From: Rotaria socialis
Taxonomy: Eukaryota
Direction of reading: 5' to 3'
NCBI GenBank assembly: GCA_905331295.1
Contig: CAJNYD010000025.1
Span: 186,001 to 207,832 of the forward strand
DNA length: 21,832 nt
The number at the start of each line of letters is the position of its first letter. Position 1 is the first letter of the stretch. A model generated the notes under the pieces. The model did no database searches, was not told the DNA's origin, and worked only from the letters and a program-made list of their open reading frames with translations. Below, piece by piece: positions 11,854 to 21,832 of the stretch. Both the position numbers and the translations under genes were made by a program.

Positions 11854-12346
11854 CTGAACCTAAGCTATCAAAGTTTTAAAGACAATTCAAAATGATATCA
11901 TCTGTTTAAACTGAAAATATCTTGAAAATGAAAGCAAAAAAAGACTTGATATCTCTTTGTAATTAAGCCACATACATCTTACACCGACTAAGGAGTGTAA
12001 AAAAACGAAAATTAATCAAGTGCATTTCTTTTTTCAGAATAATTTACTGATATGAAAAAACCAAAGAATAGCAGAAAAAACAACAAAACAATATTTTTCA
12101 TGTGACTTTTGTTGTTTACAACCCTACGTCATTGAATAAGAGATAGATAATAATTCTTTTCTCACTTCAAGTATCTTCTTCCCTTTTTAGAAGATATGAT
12201 TCGATAGATGATAGCGACAGAGGATCAAGATCTATATAGCATCATTGATAGGTGTCTCTCAACAACATGGCTCTTCAAAGAAAAATCCTATTGTCAATTC
12301 TAGACAAATGCAAACATCTATTGAATTTGAATTTGAATAGACAACA

Positions 12347-12415
12347 AAAGCAAAAGGTAATAATTGAATAGTTTATTTATATATCTTGTGTCAAAGCAAA
12401 AGGTAATAATTGAAT
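12347..12415. repeat. 23-bp direct repeat, two copies 46 bp apart
   Basis: AAAGCAAAAGGTAATAATTGAAT at 12347-12369 and 12393-12415. Confidence 0.9.
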
Positions 12416-13606
12416 TTGATATTTCAAAATTTAAATTAAACTAAAATTGAGAACAACTAGAAGAAAATTATTGCAATAATTTCAAGTTTTTTAGTTCACC
12501 AGTTAATTTCAATCAAGTCCTGCTGTTTTTGAGAGAATTGTTTCGTATTAAATCAATTATTAGAATAGATTGGAAAGAGAATTTATAAAAACTAACCACA
12601 AGTGTCTTGAATTATTGCTAAAACTCCTATAAATTGCAGTATTGGATATATTGTAAACTCATTTTAAAAATCTGATTAATTTATTTATTCTGGTTAACTC
12701 AAAAACATGTTCTATTTTGAGGTCTAGGTGTTGTCTACCTATTCCTCATGGGAATTGAATTTGGTTTTTTTTTGAATATATTTTTTGAACATATTCTGGA
12801 AAAGTTGTCTAATACGAAAAGAAACTAGTTTCAAAATACTTTATAATCAATTATAATCCATTTTAAAATTCAAATGTGCAAATTTTAACTGACACTAAAA
12901 TATTATTGAAAGGTTCACATTAATTTCAGAGAATTTCATCATGACTATAGACAAAACAAAACAAAATTGATTGTGTTTAATATTAAATATCCAAATGTAA
13001 CTAGTTTTTAAAAAGAAAAGAAAATATCATTTTTAATATATATCTTCTCAAGATTCACGCATGGCTCACTCAATTAGCTATATTGATCATGATATCTTTG
13101 TAAACTTCATCGGTGCGATCGAAAATCTTCTTTTGTCTAGACATATGTTGAGAGATGTATCAACTCTTTCACATTTTCTTGATCAAATTCAAGGACGATA
13201 ATTTTAGTTAAATCATGTTTGGGTTGTTGTCTTTAATAATTCAATGATAAATTTTTCAATCAGTTTTTACTTGTTGCATGTATTATTTGATTGAAAAAGA
13301 AGTTTCTAGAAGTCTATTGAAACTAAAGGAAAAATAAACCTATGAAAGTTATTCAAGTTCTTGCAAGGTTTTTTTTCTTAATTTTGTTCTAATACGCTGT
13401 TTGTCCTTATTTAACATTTAGCAATATTCTATCTTTGTTTGACTAAATTTCTTCGATGGTATAAATGTATTTTTAATTTATACAAAATATGAAGCAAAAT
13501 CCATATGTTTATTTTTCTCTTATTTTCTAAACTTTGGCAAGGATTAAAAGGACAGAAAAAAAACGTGTAGAACTTAGCGGATGATAGTCTATGAAAGCGA
13601 TGTAGT

Positions 13607-15286
13607 TTATCGCGATTGTGAAGCTATTTGTCGAAGTTGATTCAGACATGTTTGTAAGGTATCTTGCTCTTGTTTAGGTGTGATTGATTTTTTAACTTGA
13701 TCTGTAATCCAATTAATCATATTTGTCCGTTCAAAATCTTTTCTAGCATTTTGAAGAGCCACTTGATAATCTAATCGTCTTTTAACAGCTTCATACATTT
13801 GCTTCATTCTTTCACGATATGCTGCTTCCAAACCCATGTTGATAATATCTTTTCGAGCTTCTGCTAATAGACTAATACTTTTTGCACGTTCTAATGATTC
13901 TTCATAAGCATGCAGCATTTTTCCAGCCATGGCTTTTGAATTATTAACAACTGAATTATATCGACCAACTTCATCTTGATGCCAACCACGAAAGGTATCT
14001 CCAACTGTTGGACCAAGTCTATTAAAAGTAATCAATATTTATTCATAAATATGTTTTACTAAACCCATAAAAAGTGGGAAAACTATTTCAACACAATGCT
14101 CGGGATCATAGAAGATAGAATTGATGAATTCCAAATATGAAGCTTACATAATATTTAATTCCTATTTATTTTCTATTCAATGAAATAGAAGCAAAAGAGT
14201 TGATAGAATTGAAAGAAGACAACAAACATCAGACTCGACGGAATGCGTATAATAGAAATTAGTCACAACTTTTACAGAAGAAGTTTTGTCAAATATTTTC
14301 TTTCAACGGATTTTATTAAAACTTGAAAGTATTTAAGTCAATATCATTTTTTTTCTTTTGATAAATAGATTATGTTATGTCACTGAAAAATATCCCATTA
14401 CGTTCTATTTGCAGTCATTTTTCAATAGCATCTCTCAAATGTAATATTATTGCAACAAAGAATAAACAAATTTCTATAGAATCTAATTTTATTATTTTTT
14501 ATAACGATAAACATGATCAATGGGTGGCACGGATTTTTGTTGTTTTTTCCTAAAACCATTGAAAATCCATATAGTAATAGTAATATCAACTTCAGTATTA
14601 CATTTAAATTAACTTTGATGAGAGTTTCAAAAACAAAAAATGACTTTAATTTTAATTTTTCTCAATATTTTGTTATCGTAATGAAAATGTATTCATTCAT
14701 AATTTATAGGTATTAATTTAACTTACTTTTTAACAACAGTAATAACAGCTGCAGCCAAAATAAGATATTCAGTAAAATCATACCACAGAACGATATATTC
14801 CTTGCTAAATCCATAGACAAGTAAGCCATAGAAAAACATATATGGTCCAGTAACACCAGTTTTTTCATAGAAAAATTTAAACCATGATTCTGGTACACAA
14901 TACCAACGCACTGGATTTGGTGCTTCACGAAGTTTATATGGTGGAAAATTAACCAGATCACGTTCTGGCCACTGATCATGAGGCCATAAACGTTTTCCAT
15001 TAAATTCAGTACGCCAATTAACCGACGATAAATCTTTTAAGGAATCTTCAACTCTCAAAACCTTTTCATCGCTTTTTTTTTCAACTAATGATTTATCATC
15101 TAAAACCATATTATTTTGATTTTTGTTATTCTTGGGGGGGAAAAAAACAAGAAATAGACAAATACCTGTTTTGAATTTGGAAGAAGCACCTTGGAAGAGT
15201 ATACTCGAAATTGACCATGGTCGAATTGTGAGCGACAATGGTGAAGCTCGATTAACTATAAAAGGATGAGCAACTTTGGTCAACAT
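13607..15286 (-). CDS. ATP5PB: Mitochondrial ATP synthase F0 subunit b (peripheral stalk), precursor, 301 aa
   Basis: 3 exons (minus): 15286-15166, 15099-14727, 14018-13607; 906 nt in frame. Recognisable segments: PERDLVNFP, VPESWFKFFYEKTGVTGPYMF, SKEYIV, EAAYRERMKQMYEAVKRRLDYQV, MINWITDQVKKSITPKQEQDTLQTCLNQL. Exon 1 has no acidic residues and is rich in R/K/S, like a mitochondrial transit peptide. Confidence 0.93.
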
Positions 15287-15578
15287 CTATTAAGTGAAAG
15301 ACAAATTGCTCTTATTCTGATCTTTTTTTTACATCAAATAAACTGTAAATAAACAAGTAACTATAAAGCGACCTCTGTTCCTTACCGACGAACAAATAGA
15401 GAGAAAGTACTAAATTATAATAAACTTTTTTATTTATAAAAAATGTTCCCTAAAATAATTTCCTATGATAGTTATTATATGCACGCGAGTAAAGAGAGAA
15501 GCGATAATGATAAGAATGGTTAAATAATCACCAATCATCAATTGGCAAATTAAAAATGATTCATGGTTCGAAATGATG

Positions 15579-15603
15579 ACACACACACACACACACACAC
15601 ACA
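15579..15603. repeat. (AC)12 microsatellite
   Basis: Perfect AC dinucleotide run upstream of ATP5PB. Confidence 0.95.
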
Positions 15604-17133
15604 GACAGAATAATAACCATGTTTGTCATCAATCAACAAATGTCTTCGATGCAAAGAGAAAAATATTAGTACGAAATAGCTAACGTAAGACAAACGTATT
15701 CTTATTATCTAGTTCTGTTATATTTTAAAAAACATAATAAACAAATAAAAAATTTAGAATCAATACAAATAAGATGATTATGCTCATAAAATATTGATCA
15801 AATTATCTTTCGTTTTGGTAGTTCTTCAAACATTCATCGAATGAATTAATTTCATTCTCTCATATGGATTAATTTTCTATTAAATCGTTGAAATATTACA
15901 TAAAAATGATGTGTTCACAGAATTAAATCATCAATTCTACTACCATTGAAATTTATCATATCTACAATACATATTGAGAGAATTATTGAAGTCTAATTTT
16001 ACTTTGAAAAATTTAAACATCATAAGCTTTACAGATTGTATTCTATAGCTCTAATGGGTTGCGGCTTTATCGATTGAAAAAGATTTAGAGTTGGATTCTT
16101 TACTAATCAAGAATATGTTCTACCAGTCGGAGAGTGTGATCATTCAGTATTAGTCTTGTCTATGGTAATATATCTTATTGATATCTGATTTATAATACGA
16201 TTATATTTGTTGATGATAAAATGACATCAACAATAACATTAGAATATATAGCATGAGAAAATACAAAAACTTTGATACCTTACCCCACACAAAACTTTTC
16301 AAAACAAAATAAATCCTGATGAAAGTAAGAGTACAATAGAATCTGTTCTATAGTTCTTAATACAAACTTTTCTTTATCGTTGCAAACATTGTCTGACATA
16401 TCTTGAATACAATATTTTTGTGATTACGAATTAAAATTTTGTTCTCAACCTATTGACAACTTACGAGTTAGTATTTATCGAGGATATTTCAATGACAAAT
16501 TGTTCTTCTCAATGTCTTGCTTTCAATGCAAATCTAGATAATTTTTCAAATATTTCTTTAGTGAAAATGAAAACTCGCCAATATGTTTCCTATAGTATAT
16601 TTGAATTGTTCTTATGATTTCTGTTATTTTACTTGAAAATATTCATGGTAGAAATTTATTTTTAGGTCACAATCAAATATTGAATTATTTTTATTATTCT
16701 TTTAAAGGATTTATCTATTTTTTAATATGAAAAATAATTGTCCGATTATTACTTGAATCAATTGAAAAATATCAAAGTAAGAATATTCTATTCTATTTCG
16801 TGATAGTATAGATTTTCATTTTATATATTACGATTAAAGGTGATATAAACCATGCACAGTACAGACGACAAGAATGGAATTAGAAGTAATCGAAAATTCC
16901 TGTGACGATTATAGAAAACATTCAAAGGAGCCACAAGTCAAACGATCGTAGTTATTACCAAATTTTATTTCTTCAAAATGAGTCTGTTTTCATTGTATTT
17001 GACTTATTCACAATATGATCGATATATAATTAAAATATTTTTTTAAACTTTTGATATAAAAAACTGAATTCTTTTTAATAAAAATAAAAAAAAATAAAAA
17101 GAATTTTCTTTTTTAGAAATAAACTGAAAAATA

Positions 17134-18120
17134 ATGAATTTGCTGGGTGTTGATGTAAGTGGTGCTTGTGCAACATTCTCACGTCTTTGCTATTTCGGAG
17201 CTCCTTGGTATTCAGTTATTGTTCAATGGTATCGCCAACAAAGATCAGATCATTATCGTTATCCGTCATCTGACGACGATATACAAGTTGTATATGAATC
17301 AAAAAACTATATTGTTGTTAATAAAGATGATCTTGTTCCAATTGATGCATATGATGCTCCGTCGCAAGTTAATGTAACACAGCAGGTGAAAAAATGGTTT
17401 GAAAGACGGGAAACAGAAAGATTTTTCAAACAAGAACCATCACCTACTGAACAACAAATTGAACAATGGAGTAAAAATTTAGCACAAAAAATTGAAGATA
17501 TTCGTTATTGTCATCGACTTGATTTAGGTAAAATTTAGAATTGAAATGAGTAATTTAGCAAAACTATGAATACTTAAGGTACAAGCGGTTGTATGTGTTT
17601 TGCTCGTTCAACAGTTGCAAGTTTTCTTGCTTATAAAGCATTTATTGATAAACGTGTTTTAAAATATTACTTAGCTCTTGTTCAAGGCCATCTGCATGCA
17701 AATTATCCAATATTTGTTGACGTACCTATTGGAGAGAATGCTTCATCTTATGGTCGAATTATGTGTACAAATGATCATCCATATTGTACATATCCGAAAG
17801 CTGCACAATCTCATATCGATGTTTTAGAGCACGGTGAATACGATGGAAAACCAGCATCGAAAGTACTTGTCAGAATTTTAACAGGCAAAAGACATCAAAT
17901 TCGTTTACATATGAATTATTTGGGCCATCCAATCGTTGGAGATTATATTTATACAGAACCCATTGATTATAAACCACATAGAATTATGTTACATGCAAGA
18001 TCTTTAACCATTCATACTGATCAAGAGTTAGTTGATGCTTTAGCAAAAGATCCTTTTCTTACACAGTTTGATCCAAAATGGAAGAGAACTAAAACAATAT
18101 ATCCGATTAATCGTTGGTAG
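17134..18120 (+). CDS. RPUSD1: RluA-family RNA pseudouridine synthase, RPUSD1-like (311 aa)
   Basis: Exons 17134-17527 and 17579-18120, joined across a 51-nt GT..AG intron (17528-17578) that restores catalytic motif II HRLDLGTSG. Also VVYESKNYIVVNK (motif I), KYYLALVQGH, LTGKRHQIRLH, LGHPIVGDYIY, RIMLHA. VLEHGEYDGKPASKVL and DPF..DPKW resemble metazoan RPUSD1 as recalled. Confidence 0.88.
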
Positions 18121-21100
18121 AATTTTCTGTTATTTGAATAATGTAACATCTAGTCTGTTATTTGTTGTTTTTAATGTTTCACTGGTAAGAAAAAGATTTG
18201 TTTTCAAATATACTTTGTCTCTTTGTCGAAAAAAATACAGCAAATGATATTTATTAGATATTGTTATCAAAAATACAACTTTTCAACAATTATTTTCTTT
18301 AAACAAACAAAGTACATATCATACCATAAAAAATTCTCTACGCTGACTTGAAACTGTGGATTGAAATACTCATATTAGTTTCTCTGCATGAAAAATGTCT
18401 TTCTTTGTTTGTTTTTGTTTTTGTTTTTATATTTACATGAACTCGACAGTATTTTTCTATGAAGTTAAATATCTAATATTTCTTCATGGAGAGTTTACAA
18501 ACATTTTGTTCGTTGTAGTTATTCTATATGGAAACAAACAAGACTTGTTTCATCGATATGGTGTTATCGTACGAGTGATAATAAATACAAAAATCAAACA
18601 AACAGAATAGCTCAATAATGAAAAGACTGTAAATTGGAATTTTAATTCAAACCGTTTCAAAAGATATGGACATATCAAAAAATGAATTACCTAGTTAGAG
18701 ATGTACATAATATGCATTTATGATGAAAAATTCCTCCTACTATCAAAATAAAGAGTATCAGTCTTTTTATCTGAATATTTTTAAACAGTGAAGAGACAAA
18801 CAAGTCTACCACGAATCGAAATTAATGTTATATATACAACGAGTAGACTTCATCTACATGATTTGAGATTGATAATGAAAAAACGAGGTAATATATGACA
18901 TTAGCTTTCATGGTTCCAATGTGACTGTTCAAAAGCAAGCTAATCATATACCTGATCAAAACGGTAAAACACACACTAACAATAACAGGAACGCCATTGA
19001 ACACTATGCTAAATATTCTTCATATTAGGGATATGTGATATCTGACTTGCACATGTCGAAGAGTGAATTTAGCTCAATGCTATAACTTGTATATGAGTCT
19101 CGTGTTTCGACGCAATCAAAGAAGAGATTTTGGTTCGACATTATGCCATATGAAAAATTTAACTAACACAACTAATCTTGCCAAAGTTTCATCCAACATA
19201 CATAAAAGCGCAATGGCAAACGCCTGTTGTCCAGCTGTTTTAAACATAATTCGCATATTCATTTCAAATATTTTATTTTTGCAAATGAAAGAAACAATAG
19301 TAAGAATATATTGTGCGGATGTGGTTAATAACAGAAGAGACCTTCTGCCTATTTATACTCACATTCAGCCTTATTTTCATCATATATTATATTCAGAAAG
19401 AAATTGAAACTTTTTAAACAGACGACTTTGCTATGAGCTATGCTCAGAACATTGCCGATCGATAAATCACATGAATTTGTTGATTTAAGATGTAGCACGG
19501 TCTTCAAGTGCATATAATTGATGAATCTAATTTGATTTGGTAATCATGTTCGCCAAAATTTTGATGCACGTGTTATGTATCTGATATTTATATCAGGACT
19601 GTTCGTTGCTTTTGCCTTAGTTTACGTCTTGTCTTATTAATTAGTCTTCTACTAGAAGTCTCAGGAGTTGGAAGGGACTTAAACTCAATCAGAAGAAATT
19701 TCGTTTGACTCTAACTAACGTTCAGCATTTTTTCCTAGACAATTGTCAAACAGTAGCAATGCTACTTCCACTGCATTCTGGCAAGTCTAATAAAAATTTC
19801 CCAGTCGACTTCCTCAGTTATTCTTCGTAAAGTTTCAGTACGATCGAAATACCCTTACATATGTTAATAGATTCCTTATGATTATGTATCATAATTTTAT
19901 TTAGGCAACGTTCAAAATTAGAGACGAATCATTAAATGATACAGATACTACTTGATAAAAATAACGGATTATTGAAAATATGCTGTTATGACGATGATTG
20001 ATTCAAATCATATGTGATTAAGTAGAAGACATGCAAAAATTAACATTTGTTCTTGAAATGTGTGATTCCCTAGCAAAATTTTTGATAGTTCTATGCTTTC
20101 CATATCTTAAAATTCCTGTTGATGCAAGGTATGAACTTGCTTAGTCAGATCATTATCCACTCTTCCAAATAACTTTTCTAAATGCTAGAAACTGATTCAT
20201 GAAAGTTAGAATCACTAGCTATTTTCTATGTCTCTCTTTATTATTGCTGATCTAAAAGGTTATACTGAATATTTAACATATGTCAACTGAATAATTATAC
20301 AGTATGTTTTTCAGTATTATACATATTCTATCTGAAGAAAAAATAATAATACATGTGAATAATAGATTTCGTATTGACAAAGATGAAAATGATAGTGTAA
20401 GTTTTCAACACAATGGATAGCATTACATAAAATACTAGTTGATACAACTAGAAATATACACGAAACAATTTTTTGGTTCTATAATCTTATGTATCGAAAT
20501 TGAATCTTTTTGAATCGCCCATAATCAATATAGGAAAGTTTCTGTAACAACTGCAAAGCTTTCAGATTTTTGTTTATATATGAAGTATTTATCATGAATC
20601 TACTCAATTTCATGTTTTACACTTTGATCTTTTTAAATGAAACTTCAAACAATATCATAAGTATAGATCTTGAGAATGTTTTTATTGTTACAAATAATAA
20701 TGTCGTAGTTGAAAGGCTACAAATTCGTACAATTAATTAGTTAAAATGAAAAATATGAAAAATAAACAACAACCGTTTGCTTTCTAACTGGTATATGTGG
20801 ATTTAATATTCTTTTCGAATAACAGCAACATTGTCAATGCTTCATTTCAATTTTCTATCGAAAATTTAGCTGAATAATTCTGATATATTGATAAATGTTT
20901 GTAATATCCTTTAATCATATCTAATCGTTACCCACATTTCACACGTCTAAGTCTACTATTGTTATTGATTATGATTATCGTTGGAGAGAGATTTACGATG
21001 TCTGATTTTATTTTACCTGAAAGCAATCATACCTCATCGAAGGTGGATTCTTTTTATTATCTAATCAAATTGTAATATTACACAAAATGTCTCTTAAAAT

Positions 21101-21207
21101 GCTAAGTAACATAATATGTTAGTAAAAGAAATAAATCGAAGTGTCGATGAATATTATGATAGATCCAAAGGATACTTACATCTACGCACAGTTCGTTGCT
21201 TTCTTTC

Positions 21208-21832
21208 TTATTGTGTACTCAAAAAGTAAGTACACTCTAGAATCGGTCAGTGTGTCCGGCCGGCCGTCCGTTTACAAGATAACTTTCGAAAGGAGAGTTA
21301 GGTCATGATGAAATTTTCTACACAGTTCAGCCTCATCAATGTCTCAGTCGAATTCGAAGATGAGAAGGATCCGTCAAGAAATGGCTGAGTTATCGAAAAA
21401 ATTGTCATTATTGACCAGACTATCCCTGAGGGGGAGTATAGGGATTTTTCAAAAAAACGTTTTTTTCTCAGAATTATCCACAACATATATAAATCGACTC
21501 AGTTTTTAACGCTGATTTTGAATCTGATATTAGTTTTGAAAACAAAATCGTAGTTTTTAAACGAAACATTGATTGAAAAGGTCTCAAAATACACAAAAAC
21601 TGCATCTAGAAACCAAATTGCCTAGATATGTTTCAGATGACCAGCAGTTTGGGGGTTTCTCAAATGCCTGGTTTTGTAGCTAGTCAAAAAGACTATCGAA
21701 AGGTAAAAACTCGAACTCGATAGCTATTACTATTGATGATTTATTATGAAAATACTGATGCCTGTATCTATCATATATCTCTTATAAATTCATGAGGTTG
21801 CTTACGATCGTAATCCTGCTAGATACAAACAC
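21208..21832 (+). mobile_element. Putative non-autonomous Helentron-associated element (HINE/DINE-1-like); right boundary not seen
   Basis: Abrupt GC rise after a T-rich site; 5' inverted repeat GTGTACT (21213-21219)/AGTACAC (21229-21235); then a GTCC-like microsatellite relic (GTGTCCGGCCGGCCGTCCGT) and blocks ACAAGATAACT and ATGAAATTTTCTACACAG. This order matches the HINE/DINE-1 architecture as I recall it. No coding capacity. Confidence 0.55.

Noticed and set aside
13061..13201. 46-aa plus ORF MAHSISYIDHD..
   Set aside because: Short, no motif, no splice or conservation support.
14713..15000. 95-aa minus ORF overlapping ATP5PB exon 2
   Set aside because: Alternative frame of a well-supported exon, with no independent evidence.
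19165..19220. GIY-YIG-like text on minus (CHCAFMYVG, then ETLARL after a frameshift)
   Set aside because: It needs a frameshift and lacks the upstream GIY/VVY motif; too short to support a Penelope-type endonuclease call.
19063..19407. 114-aa plus ORF
   Set aside because: GTG start, no domain motif and no supporting splice structure.
20480..20920. Stop-interrupted minus-strand peptides (MIKGYYKH.., MINTSYINKNLKALQLL..) vaguely like PPR repeats
   Set aside because: No complete 35-aa repeat could be built; could be chance in AT-rich sequence.
21298..21486. 62-aa minus ORF
   Set aside because: It lies within the putative non-coding repeat and has no transposase or Rep motifs.
1..21832. Prokaryotic defence system, operon or CRISPR array
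   Set aside because: The genes are interrupted by spliceosomal introns and encode metazoan housekeeping proteins. No regularly spaced repeat-spacer array or cas, RT or nuclease motifs were seen.

Overview
AT-rich eukaryotic (metazoan) genomic DNA, not prokaryotic. It holds four spliced housekeeping genes that I rebuilt exon by exon from GT..AG junctions with consistent phases: a septin-7-like gene (minus, 6084->1116), a long-chain acyl-CoA synthetase of the ACSL3/4 type (minus, 11640->7891, 754 aa), mitochondrial ATP synthase subunit b (minus, 15286->13607, 301 aa) and an RluA-family pseudouridine synthase, RPUSD1-like (plus, 17134->18120, 311 aa). Fifteen of the 20 complete introns are 51-68 nt. 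This intron style and base composition suggest a compact invertebrate genome such as a bdelloid rotifer (inference only). Notable oddities: (i) an exact 82-bp inverted copy of septin intron 3 sequence replaces the end of septin exon 8 next to the only N, probably an amplification or assembly chimera; (ii) the septin has a ~270-aa low-complexity N-terminal extension with 11 consecutive prolines; (iii) all four start codons lie 0-17 nt after a 3' splice-acceptor-like AG, compatible with 5'UTR introns or spliced-leader trans-splicing; (iv) there are two rolling-circle-transposon-like signatures (a HINE/DINE-1-like element from ~21208 and a hairpin+CTAG at ~6866-6893). I found no CRISPR array, rRNA, intact tRNA or transposase, and no convincing evidence of a new multi-gene system.
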